NCBI GenBank assembly: GCA_963740905.1
Contig: CAVUFY010000004.1
Span: 387,735 to 451,734 of the forward strand
Direction: 5' to 3'
Length of the DNA stretch: 64,000 nt
From: an uncultured delta proteobacterium
Lineage (GTDB): Bacteria; Desulfobacterota; DSM-4660; Desulfatiglandales; HGW-15
The notes beneath the pieces are model-generated. The model worked only from the letters and a program-made list of their open reading frames with translations. It was not told the DNA's origin and made no database searches. The translations under genes and the position numbers were made by a program. Below, one piece after another: positions 1 through 8,487 of the stretch (position 1 is its first letter; every line of letters starts with the position of its first letter).

Positions 1-2
1 AC

Positions 3-527
3 CCCCAATTTTTCAAACGTGTGCCTGTCCTTTTCCGCTTCCTTGGGCAAATCATCCAAGTCCGAAAAGGCCACGGTTTCTTGATGGGACATTTTTTGAG
101 TAACCCAAGGAAAATGCTCTTTTGAAACAAATGTGCCGCCCGCAGAGAGGACAAAAAACTCTGGAAGCCCCTCTCTGGCCCATGAGTGTGTAGCATGGAT
201 CTGACCAAGATCTTTAGAATATTGCATGACGGACCCACGGTCGAGTTCAAACATCCCGGCAACACGCCGGATTACGTCCTTAATTTCCCGATCGACCTCC
301 TTAGCAGGGATATTCGCGAACTTCGCCGATACCTCGGAAAGAAGTCTCTCGAATTCCAGATCCTGCTTCAGCTCCTTCCAGACTTTCTCCCGGAGGTCCT
401 TCTCGAATTTTATGCGCTCTTCGAGTCGCTTCCGCTGATCTTCAATAGATGCCATGAGAGCCCTGTTTTGCTCTTCCAAGCTCTGGACTCTCTGTTCCAG
501 TGCTTCATATGTAGGCTTTTTAGCCAC
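3..527 (-). CDS. Sensor/signalling protein, N-terminal part only (coiled coil followed by a GAF/PAS-like sensory region); runs off the left edge
   Basis: Absent from the ORF track. My reverse-strand translation starts at GTG (rc of cac 525-527) and stays open to the window edge: VAKKPTYEALEQRVQSLEEQNRALMASIEDQRKRLEE...LLSEVSAKFANIPAKEVDREIKDVIRRVAGMFELDRGSVMQY... This pattern is typical of N-terminal sensory domains. The + strand ORF 186..548 looks like its antisense shadow. Confidence 0.5.
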   Translation of the reverse strand, partial: MAKKPTYEALEQRVQSLEEQNRALMASIEDQRKRLEERIKFEKDLREKVWKELKQDLEFERLLSEVSAKFANIPAKEVDREIKDVIRRVAGMFELDRGSVMQYSKDLGQIHATHSWAREGLPEFFVLSAGGTFVSKEHFPWVTQKMSHQETVAFSDLDDLPKEAEKDRHTFEKLG

Positions 528-658
528 TCGGAAAGCCCGCTATCTTAATTTGCATCACAATTGAAGCAGTGGAGATTTTCGCACGTTTTGAGATTGTTAA
601 TCAATTGAGAAATTGAGTTCCAGGATCTGTTCCATTAGATCCATTGACGAGGAACACC

Positions 659-1038
659 ATGAAAGAACTTCGCGAACTTCAATTCCCTGACGATTTGTTC
701 CATTCCAAAGATCACGAATAGGCCAAGTTTAAAGGGGACAATATCCACCGCCCGGCATCAGCGACTATGCCCAAGATCAGCTCGGAGACATCGTATTCGT
801 GGAATTGCCGCAGGTCGGCACCATCGAATGCGCCAAAACCCTATCTAAACTGTACATGCCACTGGGAGGGGAAATCCCCTCCACCAACAAAGCGATGGAG
901 GGATCTCCTGAACTCATCAACACGCAGCCCTACGAGTCAGGCTGGATGATTGAAATCAAACCGAGCGACCCGACTGAACTCAAAGGTCTCATGAACCGGG
1001 ATGCCTATTTAGGTTTTCTGAAAGGCTTGAAGCTATGA
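659..1038 (+). pseudogene. gcvH: Glycine cleavage system H protein, disrupted (in-frame TAG plus frameshift)
   Basis: MKELRELQFPDDLFHSKDHE, then TAG at 719-721 where GcvH normally has Trp (..HEW..). It continues AKFKGDNI, and after a frame change near 750 reads GISDYAQDQLGDIVFVELPQVGTIECAKTLSKLYMPLGGEI...PYESGWMIEIKPSDPTEL, which is classic GcvH sequence. Confidence 0.75.
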
Positions 1039-1250
1039 GATACCAGCCTCACATGGACGAAGAGATTGACTCTATGCGCAGTGTGGCTGGAGCAAAAAAC
1101 CTCGATGATCTCTTTTCTGCAGCCCCCTCGGTTGTGACTAAACCCTCCACCTTTGCTACCTTTGCCGGAGGACTCGGACAGGTTCTACCGATCCGGGATG
1201 AAATGGACTTGGCTCTTCTCGGGGAACTTTCTAGATCTCATCGAAGAATG
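1035..1250 (+). pseudogene. gcvPA: Glycine dehydrogenase subunit 1 (GcvPA) N-terminal remnant
   Basis: MRYQPHMDEEIDSMRSVAGAKNLDDLFSAAP matches the conserved GcvPA start (MRYIPHT.E.I..ML..IG....DLF..IP). It then degenerates, and the ORF ends after 97 aa against about 450 aa expected. Confidence 0.6.
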
Positions 1251-1267
1251 AGGGGAAGAAGGAGACA

Positions 1268-1340
1268 GATCTGGGCGGATTGTACGACCGGATCGCCGGG
1301 CTTTTCAGCTCCTCACTGTTGGAGGTAACAGGCGAGGCCG
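1268..1340 (+). pseudogene. Short fragment resembling the N-terminus of a PLD-domain/SNF2-type helicase (copy A)
   Basis: The alternative frame reads DLGGLYDRIAGLFSSSLLEVTGEAV. This is paralogous at the protein level to YDRIAGFFSSSLLEVADEAL at 2300-2360. The nucleotide sequences differ at many synonymous positions. Confidence 0.35.
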
Positions 1341-1447
1341 TATCACTTCAATTTGACTCCAAATGGGCACCCCAAGCCGTCATTGACTATAGAGAACGAT
1401 TAACGGATAATGGTTCAGAATAGAATGAATTATTAAGAGGTTTTGTC

Positions 1448-1702
1448 ATGGCCACACGACAGATTGTAATCGATGTACCGGAAAAGGTCCTGCTGGCAGA
1501 GAAGACGGATGAAATCGGATTCAGCCGTGAATTGCCGATCCTGGCCGCCGTAAAGCTTTACGAGCTTGGGCGCTTATCTTCGGGGAGGGCCGCGGAACTG
1601 GCCGGCATGACCCGCGTAGAATTCCTCATCAGTTTATACCGTTACCGCGTGTTTCCTCTCGCCTCCGAACTGGAGGATCTGGAAGGAGCCCATGCCGGAT
1701 AA
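1448..1702 (+). CDS. UPF0175-family antitoxin-like protein
   Basis: An 84-aa ORF with ...AAVKLYELGRLSSGRAAELAGMTRVEFL... (UPF0175/COG2886-like HTH). It overlaps the downstream PIN-like gene by 11 nt. Confidence 0.75.
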   Translation: MATRQIVIDVPEKVLLAEKTDEIGFSRELPILAAVKLYELGRLSSGRAAELAGMTRVEFLISLYRYRVFPLASELEDLEGAHAG

Positions 1703-2180
1703 GGCCATCAGCAATACGTCACCCCTGCTCTATCTGCACCGATGCGGCGGTTTGGCGTGGCTTCCCCGCCTGTTTACTTTGGTTTGCGTTCCCGGCGCGG
1801 TGGCTTTTGAACTGGCGGAAGGAAGAAGCCGGGGATTTGACGTACCCAATCCCGAAGACCATTCTTGGATGAAAATCACGGATCCCCAAGCGACGCCTTC
1901 CGAGTGGTTTGCGGTGGATCTCGGCGCCGGAGAGATTGCCGCCATGGCTTTAGCTCTCGAACATCCCGATCATATTCTTCTCCTGGATGACGCCTTGGCA
2001 AGAAGAACGGCCATCGCAGCGGGGCTCACGGTTTGGGGAACTTTGCGGATCCTGCTGGAAGCCAAGTCATTCGGTTTGATCGAAAGCGTCAAGCCGGTGA
2101 TTCATCGTCTGGAGAAGAGCGGTATGTGGGTTTCAGAGGACATCCGGCGGCGCATCCTGGCGCTGGCCGAAGAATCGTAA
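1692..2180 (+). CDS. DUF3368/PIN-like nuclease toxin
   Basis: A 162-aa ORF with AISNTSPLLYL...VCVPGAVAFEL..., typical of COG2405/DUF3368 PIN-like proteins paired with UPF0175 antitoxins. Confidence 0.7.
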   Translation: MPDKAISNTSPLLYLHRCGGLAWLPRLFTLVCVPGAVAFELAEGRSRGFDVPNPEDHSWMKITDPQATPSEWFAVDLGAGEIAAMALALEHPDHILLLDDALARRTAIAAGLTVWGTLRILLEAKSFGLIESVKPVIHRLEKSGMWVSEDIRRRILALAEES

Positions 2181-2232
2181 GGGCAAAACCCCTGTCCAAT
2201 TCCGACCCTGACTTCTGGAACGGTGACAACGG

Positions 2233-2571
2233 ATGATCCATCGCTATTCTTCCCGCCGCAGTCCATTGAAGGATTTCCTGGCCAAACAACTGGCAGGCGC
2301 AAAACAGTATGACCGCATTGCAGGTTTCTTCAGTTCATCTCTACTTGAGGTCGCCGACGAGGCGCTTGAGCAGATGACGCCCGAGGGCGGCGAGACTTGC
2401 GTTAGGGTGGTATGCAACTCTTGCCTCAATCTCCTGGACACCGTCCAACTGGCCCTCGCCGCCAAGCCGATGGCCCTCTACGGCGACAGGCCGATCCTTA
2501 TACTCGTCTCCAAGCCGCTCATGATCCAGTGGCAGGACGAACTCTGGAACCTTCTGGAGATGCCCTCATAA
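2233..2571 (+). pseudogene. Remnant of a PLD-domain + SNF2/DEAD-type helicase (copy B) with a large internal deletion
   Basis: N-terminal-type sequence (KQYDRIAGFFSSSLLEVADEALE...VRVVCNS) is joined directly to a helicase motif-Ia-like stretch (RPILILVSKPLMIQWQDELWNLL). The ORF is only 112 aa, where such proteins are normally about 900 aa or more. Confidence 0.5.
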
Positions 2572-2598
2572 ACTGAAAGCTGCCCGGAATTGTTCATA

Positions 2599-3810
2599 AT
2601 GAAGACTCCATCCTCGAATACCGGCCGATCCTCTCCTGCTACGCTGAGCGCATTCCGGGCTTTGCCGGCGGGCATCTGGGCGTTGGGTCTTGTCTCGATG
2701 TCCATGGACATCTCCTCAGAGCTTATTCACAGCCTGCTGCCGGTATTCATGGCCTCTGTCCTCGGGGCCTCCATGACCACCATCGGCCTTATCGAGGGTG
2801 TTGCCGAGGCCACCGCCGCGATCACGAAAGTATTTTCCGGCGCGATTAGCGACTACCTTGGGAAGCGCAAGTGGCTCGCAGGGCTCGGCTACGGACTTGC
2901 GGCGCTTACAAAGCCGATCTTCCCGCTGGCCACCACCATCGGTTGGGTATTTGCCGCACGGTTCGTCGACCGTATCGGCAAAGGCATTCGCGGGGCGCCA
3001 CGTGATGCGCTGGTGGCGGATATCGCGCCTCCGGAACTGCTGGGGGCCGCGTATGGGCTCCGGCAATCGCTGGATTCTGTCGGTGCATTCGTTGGCCCAA
3101 TTGCTGCGGTGGTATTCATGGCATGGCTCGCGAACGACATCAGAGCCGTGCTATGGGTTGCGGTTGCCCCTGCCTTCGTTGCCGTTGCGCTCCTTATCTT
3201 TGGAGTCAAGGATCCCGAGAGGCCGGAGGTCAAATCCGGCATACGAAGTCCTCTGACTTTCGCGGATGTTAAGCGACTGCCGCTTCGCTATTGGCTCATT
3301 GTTCTACTCGGAGCGGTGTTTACCCTGGCACGGTTCAGCGAAGCATTCCTGGTGCTTCGCGCCCAGGATGTCGGATTGGCGCTCGGGTACGTGCCCTTCG
3401 TGCTGATCGTGATGAATGTCGCCTACACGGCGACTGCCTACCCGGCGGGAGTCGCCGCCGATCGGCTTAATCAACGGACGCTCCTTATCGTGGGACTTGG
3501 GATGCTGGCTGCCGCCGATCTTGTATTGGCTGCAACCACCTCGCCGTTGCTGGCATTGACCGGCGCAGCGCTCTGGGGAATTCATATGGGGCTCACCCAA
3601 GGCCTTTTCGCTAAGCTTGTGGCTGAGAATGCCCCTTCAGAGATTCGCGGCACCGCTTTTGGCATCTTCAACCTTGTTAGCGGCGGTGCGCTGTTGCTGG
3701 CGAGTGTCGTTGCCGGTGCCCTCTGGGCCGCCTTCGGTGCGCCGGCCGCTTTTCTGGCAGGTGCGGCCTTGGCTATCCTTGCAATCCTTGGACTGCTCGC
3801 CTACCGATGA
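2599..3810 (+). CDS. MFS transporter
   Basis: About 400 aa and highly hydrophobic, with about 12 predicted TM segments. It carries an MFS loop motif, DRIGKGIRGAPRDAL. The ATG at 2599 is preferred over the TTG at 2590. Confidence 0.85.
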   Translation: MKTPSSNTGRSSPATLSAFRALPAGIWALGLVSMSMDISSELIHSLLPVFMASVLGASMTTIGLIEGVAEATAAITKVFSGAISDYLGKRKWLAGLGYGLAALTKPIFPLATTIGWVFAARFVDRIGKGIRGAPRDALVADIAPPELLGAAYGLRQSLDSVGAFVGPIAAVVFMAWLANDIRAVLWVAVAPAFVAVALLIFGVKDPERPEVKSGIRSPLTFADVKRLPLRYWLIVLLGAVFTLARFSEAFLVLRAQDVGLALGYVPFVLIVMNVAYTATAYPAGVAADRLNQRTLLIVGLGMLAAADLVLAATTSPLLALTGAALWGIHMGLTQGLFAKLVAENAPSEIRGTAFGIFNLVSGGALLLASVVAGALWAAFGAPAAFLAGAALAILAILGLLAYR

Positions 3811-3911
3811 AAGTCTCAATCCGTCTTGGGAAAATAGCATCCCCCTTCATAGCTCCCTGTTCGAAAGCAAGGACAGAGTTTCGGCAGGACAAGACAAAAG
3901 CGGGAATAAAT

Positions 3912-3933
3912 CAGGGGGCCCGAAGGCCCCCTG
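3912..3933. terminator. GC-rich hairpin between convergent genes (probable bidirectional terminator)
   Basis: CAGGGGGCC-CGAA-GGCCCCCTG: a perfect 9-bp stem with a tetraloop. On the minus strand it is followed by ATTTATTCCCGCTTTT and lies 33 nt after the fhs stop. Confidence 0.6.
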
Positions 3934-3965
3934 TTCAGGATACAGATTAATCCGACTTACAATGC

Positions 3966-5729
3966 CTAGAACAGTCCCCTTACCTTGCCCGTCTTCACGT
4001 CCACGTCCACACGGCGGAAGGCCGGGTCGGAAGCGGTTCCGGGCATGAGGCTGATCGTTCCGGCGCAGGGGCAGAGGAACTTGGCGCCCGAGTAAATGAG
4101 CACGTCCCGGATGGGGAGGGTCCATCCCTTGGGAACGCCTTTCAGCGCGGGATCATGGGATAGACTCAAGTGGGTCTTCACCATCATGGTGGCGAACTCA
4201 TCGAACTTGGGATCCCCTTCGAGCATCTTCGCCTTGGCTTCGGCCTCGGGTGTCCAGGAAACCCCGTTCGCCCCGTACACCGTCTTCGCGATCTTCTCCA
4301 CCCTTTCGCGGAGTTTCATTTCCATGGGGTAAAGAAACTTGAACTTGGGCTTGGCCTCGCAGGCTTCCTTCACGGCCTCGGCAAGTTCGATGGCTCCATC
4401 GCCGCCTTTGGCCCAGTGCTCGGACACCGCGCATCGTGCGCCGGCCTCTTCGGCGTATTTCCTCACCATGGCAATTTCGGCCTTCGTATCCGTGTGGAAG
4501 CAGTTGATGCATACCACCGGATTCATGCCCGATTTGCGGATGGTGTTGATGTGGTGCACCATATTGGGAATTCCTGCTTCGAGGAGCTTGAAATTCTCTT
4601 TTGTGTACGCGGGATCGAGAGCGATACCGGCCACCACCTTGGGACCTCCGCCGTGCATCTTGAGGGCGCGGATGGTCGTGGTCAGCACCGACACATGGGG
4701 GGTGAGGCCGCTGTAACGGCACTTCACGTTCCAGAACTTCTCGAACCCGATGTCCGCCCCGAAACCGCTCTCCGTCACATGGTAGTCGAAAAGCTTGAGG
4801 CCCACGCGGTCGGCTATGATGGAAGACTGGCCGACGGCGATGTTCGCAAAAGGCCCGGCATGGACAAAGCATGGCTGATACTCGGCCGTGCTCATAAGAG
4901 TGGGGTTGATGGAGTCGACCATCCAGGCGGCCATTGCGCCGTCCACCTCGAGATCTCCGGTGGTCACGGGCTTGCCTGCCTTGTTGAAAGCCACGGTGAT
5001 CTCCCCAAGGCGTTTCCTGAGGTCCGCGAGGTCCGTGATGATCGCCAGGATGGCCATGATCTCGGATGAGACCGCGATCCCGAACTTGGATTGCATGGTG
5101 AAGCCGTCCTGCCGGCCCCCTAATCCGATGACGATGTTCCTCAAGCTCTGGGCGCAGAAGTCGATAATCCACCCCATTTCCACGCGGGTGGGATCCACGT
5201 CCAGCCTCTTCATCCTGGTCAGTCGCTTGAGTTGCTCGTCATTGTAGTTTCTTTCGTGCTGCATCCTTGCGGTGAGAGCGACCATGGCAAGGTTGTGGGC
5301 GTTCATGATGTTGTTGATGTCGCCTGTCAGCCCCATGGAGAATTCGGTCATGGGGATGATCAACGCGTTCCCGCCGCCCGCGGCTGTTCCCTTGATATTC
5401 ATGGTTGGGCCGCCGGAAGGCTGGCGAAGGGCGCCGCCCACACTCATCCCGAGCTTGCCCAGGCCTTCCATCAACCCGCACGAGGTAGTGCTTTTTCCTT
5501 CCCCGAGAGGCGTGGGGGTAATGGCGGTCACCTCGATGTACTTCCCGTCCTTCTTCTTCTCCAGACGTTTCATGACCTTCAGAAAGTCAATCCTCGCCAA
5601 CCTTCCGTGAGGGATCATTTCGTCTTTTTCGAGTCCCATTTTCTCGCGCCACTCGTCCGCAGACGGCATTTTCTTCTCGGCAGCTTCAGATATCTGCCAG
5701 TCCTTCATCTTTACCGCATCATAGGGCAT
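3966..5729 (-). CDS. fhs: Formate--tetrahydrofolate ligase
   Basis: Signature [12 protein letters not shown] and full-length similarity to Fhs. Start chosen at MPYD (ATG 5729), 9 nt after AGGAGG. The track ORF extends upstream to 5897 without support. Confidence 0.95.
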   Translation of the reverse strand: MPYDAVKMKDWQISEAAEKKMPSADEWREKMGLEKDEMIPHGRLARIDFLKVMKRLEKKKDGKYIEVTAITPTPLGEGKSTTSCGLMEGLGKLGMSVGGALRQPSGGPTMNIKGTAAGGGNALIIPMTEFSMGLTGDINNIMNAHNLAMVALTARMQHERNYNDEQLKRLTRMKRLDVDPTRVEMGWIIDFCAQSLRNIVIGLGGRQDGFTMQSKFGIAVSSEIMAILAIITDLADLRKRLGEITVAFNKAGKPVTTGDLEVDGAMAAWMVDSINPTLMSTAEYQPCFVHAGPFANIAVGQSSIIADRVGLKLFDYHVTESGFGADIGFEKFWNVKCRYSGLTPHVSVLTTTIRALKMHGGGPKVVAGIALDPAYTKENFKLLEAGIPNMVHHINTIRKSGMNPVVCINCFHTDTKAEIAMVRKYAEEAGARCAVSEHWAKGGDGAIELAEAVKEACEAKPKFKFLYPMEMKLRERVEKIAKTVYGANGVSWTPEAEAKAKMLEGDPKFDEFATMMVKTHLSLSHDPALKGVPKGWTLPIRDVLIYSGAKFLCPCAGTISLMPGTASDPAFRRVDVDVKTGKVRGLF

Positions 5730-6040
5730 ACTCTTCATCCTCCTCTTCTTTCTGTGTTTTTTGTTGACCGCATAGCAAGTGTCATTCCGAACCCAAAAGG
5801 CAAACTTTCTTCGCTGACAGCCCGTCTCTTCGTTGCCGGACACTGGAAGCACCTTCGGACAGAGGCAGGCATTGCCCGCAGGACGGGATTTACCCAAGAA
5901 AACAACTCGTTAGATCTGATTACGGTGCTGACGGCCCGATCTTTCTGGAGAAGGGCACTTTTTCGTACCAAAAAAAAGATGGGGCGTCAAGCGTTTCCGA
6001 AACCCAAATGCGTCGGATTTCAGATATTTCCCTCAAACCC

Positions 6041-6241
6041 CTATCCTCCGGCGATCATCGGAATCAGAAAGATCTCCGCCCCGTCGGGAATGGCGGTTTT
6101 TTCAAAATTGGGCCTGGAAATCACACGACCGTTGATCTTAACCACAGCATAGGGATAAGAGTCGTTCAGCTCTTTCAGGAGACCCGCGACCGTCATTCCC
6201 TCTCGCCAGGTGCGCTCCTTTCCCCTGACCCTGATCATCAT
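6041..6241 (-). CDS. ThiS/MoaD-family ubiquitin-fold sulfur-carrier protein
   Basis: 66 aa ending in ...PMIAGG (C-terminal Gly-Gly). There is a 4-nt ATGA overlap with the AOR stop. Confidence 0.8.
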   Translation of the reverse strand: MMIRVRGKERTWREGMTVAGLLKELNDSYPYAVVKINGRVISRPNFEKTAIPDGAEIFLIPMIAGG

Positions 6242-8376
6242 TGCACTCCGTGAGTTCTTAGAAGATCGATCACCTCTGGGAAATCAAGGCCGAGCCGCTT
6301 CACCGTTTCCCTCTTCGGTATGCCATCGCGCGTCCAGCCCCGGCGCTCATAGACCGCATCTTTAAGAGTCTCATACTTCTCTTCCCTGATCTTCCTGAGA
6401 AGGGCGACTTTTTCTTCCGTGCTCCTGCCTGAGATGTCTGCCTTGTGCTCTTCCACGAGCTGCTTGTCGTATCTTTCTTTCCTGGACTCGTACTCGTCCG
6501 CAGTCACAGGCCCCATTGCACGGTAAGGGATGGCATCATACCGCCTGGTTCCGAACCCCATCTTCAGGTTGAAAATACGTTGAAAATTGTAAACCGCTTC
6601 ACTCATGGTGATCAAATCGTCAGGGCCGACCTTTCGCCCGGTGACGGCGCTGAAGTAACGCGCATACCATTCCACGTGCTTCGTGATTTTGGCCGGCTCC
6701 AGGGTCTCCTTGTTATCCTCAGGCACGACGTCGTTCCACGGCAGCTTGCACAGGCCGCACAATCCAAACCAGGTTCGAAACATGGGGAACCAGTGAAGGG
6801 CTTCGGCTTTCTGCTCAAAGGTGGGCAAGTAGTTGTCGACCATGTCCAGAAAGATCAGCCAGGCTTCGTCATGCTGCGGTCCCTTGAGAGCCAATCCGAA
6901 TCCGCCCTGCTGGGCAAGGGACTCCTTGGTCATGTACTCCGAGAACTCAAGACCCTTGGCCTCCATCCCGATATCCTGCATGATCGTCGGCTCCGCTCCA
7001 AAGTCCCGGCTAAAGATATCTTTCATTCTGCGAACGCCCTGGCCGACGATTTTCCCGAAGCCCTCGCCCCTCGCCATCTGGTGAAGCACTTCCAGGGCGC
7101 TCAGCCGGTTTCCGAAAGACAAATCCAGACCCGCCGTGTGCGTAGCATTGATCAACCCCATCTCGTAGCACTCCATGGCAAAGGCCGTCGCGGTCCCGAA
7201 GGAGATAGTGTCGATTCCGTAAGCGTCACAGTAAAAGTTGAGTTCCACGACAGTAAAAGGGTCAAAGATGCCCAGGTTGGACCCGCAGCCGGCGATGGTT
7301 TCGTACTCCGGCCCATCCACAAAGACCCTCCTGCCCTTATAAGGCCCGGTGAAGGGGATAAAGTCTTTGACGCCGTGAGAGCAGGCCATGGTGCAACCGA
7401 TCCAGCATCCGTCAAAGCCCTTGTCAAACATTCGTTTGTACACCTCCGCGCCCAGGTTGGGAGCCTGGGGGTGCCGGCCGTTGCGGAAATTGTGGACAGG
7501 AAGAAGGTCAAAGTCATTCATGATGGTTACCAGGTGGGTGGTTCCGATCCTGGCCATCTCGTTCTGCTCGGGATCAAGTTCCCCGATCTCACGGGAGTGA
7601 AGTCTGGCTACTTCCTTCAGGGCCGGTTCATCCGAAGGCTTGTTCGTGGACAGTGCCACAATGTTCCAACGCGCCACCACGGCCTTAACCCTCTTGTCCG
7701 CAAAAACGGTCCCGATGCCGCCCCGGCCTGCCTGCTTGTATCTTACTTTTTTCCGTCTCGTATCATACCAGCTGAAGTTGAGACATCCCATCAGCGTGTG
7801 TTTCGCACCGGGGCCGGTGGAAACCACGGAGATGTTGCGGGGATTGCCCTCCCCGAAATGCTCCGTAAGAAGCCCTGAGAGATCGTAGGCCGAATCAGGA
7901 AGCCCCTCTGCCTCCAGAATCCTTACCCGTTCCTCGATGCCGTCGACAAGGATGATGACGTCCGATCGGCTCTTTCCCTGGATTTCCAAGGCGTCGAAAC
8001 CCGAAAATTTCAGGTAAGGACCGAAGTGCCCGCCCACATTGGAGTCCATCACGGAGCCGGTGGTGGGAGAAAGGGATGTGACGATGCTCTTTCCCGATCC
8101 GGGATATATCGGTGTTCCCCCGAGGGGCCCGCAGGCGATGCAGATTTCGTTATCCGGGTCGTTCCACCGGGTCGTGCTTATCACCCCATTCCACAGAAGC
8201 CAGAGGTCAAACCCCTTTCCTCCGATGAAGAGGCGTTTCATTTTCTCGGTCACGGGCTTGATGGATACTTCCAACGAGGAAAGATGGACGTAAAGAGTTT
8301 GATTCGCGTAACCCTTTTCCATGGCCGGTCTGTCGTAATTCAGCGTCCTAATTTCCTTGAAGGCAATATCGCTCAT
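6238..8376 (-). CDS. aor: Aldehyde:ferredoxin oxidoreductase family (tungstopterin) enzyme
   Basis: AOR N-terminal domain (YANQTLYVHLS...FIGGKGF...) and AOR domains 2/3 (GPEYETIAGCGSNLGI, DTISFGTATAFAMECYE, GPQHDEAW). Start at MSDIAF (8376), 9 nt after GGAG. Confidence 0.9.
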   Translation of the reverse strand: MSDIAFKEIRTLNYDRPAMEKGYANQTLYVHLSSLEVSIKPVTEKMKRLFIGGKGFDLWLLWNGVISTTRWNDPDNEICIACGPLGGTPIYPGSGKSIVTSLSPTTGSVMDSNVGGHFGPYLKFSGFDALEIQGKSRSDVIILVDGIEERVRILEAEGLPDSAYDLSGLLTEHFGEGNPRNISVVSTGPGAKHTLMGCLNFSWYDTRRKKVRYKQAGRGGIGTVFADKRVKAVVARWNIVALSTNKPSDEPALKEVARLHSREIGELDPEQNEMARIGTTHLVTIMNDFDLLPVHNFRNGRHPQAPNLGAEVYKRMFDKGFDGCWIGCTMACSHGVKDFIPFTGPYKGRRVFVDGPEYETIAGCGSNLGIFDPFTVVELNFYCDAYGIDTISFGTATAFAMECYEMGLINATHTAGLDLSFGNRLSALEVLHQMARGEGFGKIVGQGVRRMKDIFSRDFGAEPTIMQDIGMEAKGLEFSEYMTKESLAQQGGFGLALKGPQHDEAWLIFLDMVDNYLPTFEQKAEALHWFPMFRTWFGLCGLCKLPWNDVVPEDNKETLEPAKITKHVEWYARYFSAVTGRKVGPDDLITMSEAVYNFQRIFNLKMGFGTRRYDAIPYRAMGPVTADEYESRKERYDKQLVEEHKADISGRSTEEKVALLRKIREEKYETLKDAVYERRGWTRDGIPKRETVKRLGLDFPEVIDLLRTHGVQ

Positions 8377-8437
8377 CGAGTCGGCTCCTTCGGTGTCTAT
8401 CCAGACATGGTGCACGGCAATACATTTCTTTGATTGT

Positions 8438-8479
8438 CTCTGCCTTGCACCGTGCGCCGTGCGCCTTGTGCCTTGTGCC
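8438..8479 (-). repeat. Six tandem heptamers in the intercistronic spacer
   Basis: On the transcript strand: GGCACAA GGCACAA GGCGCAC GGCGCAC GGTGCAA GGCAGAG. It lies between the FAD-oxidoreductase stop (8488) and the AOR start (8376). Confidence 0.85.
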
Positions 8480-8487
8480 GTCTATCT

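Noticed and set aside
719-721. In-frame TAG in gcvH as possible pyrrolysine or other recoding.
   Set aside because: The TAG replaces a conserved Trp (a single TGG-to-TAG change). The same gene also has a frameshift about 30 nt later, and the adjacent gcvPA is truncated. Plain pseudogenisation explains everything.
5730-6040. Possible ZTP or THF riboswitch in the 311-nt leader of fhs. Such genes are often riboswitch-controlled.
   Set aside because: I could not find the conserved pfl-motif strings (GACUGGCG... / CCGCCUGGGC) or THF-riboswitch features. Only a generic long-range CCCGTC/GACGGG pairing is present. This needs an Infernal scan to settle.
6445-7878. Long antisense ORFs opposite real genes. 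Examples: 6445..7878 (477 aa) opposite the AOR, 28072..29520 (482 aa) opposite the GNAT-AroE fusion, 4170..5069 and 4198..5172 within fhs, 37224..38030 opposite the Mo enzyme, 46782..47438 opposite the hydrolase, and 23778..24461 opposite the PEP-utilising enzyme.
   Set aside because: Their translations are Arg/Gly/Pro/His-rich and low in complexity, with no recognisable motifs. The opposite strand encodes proteins with unmistakable family signatures. This is a typical shadow-ORF artefact of moderately GC-rich DNA.
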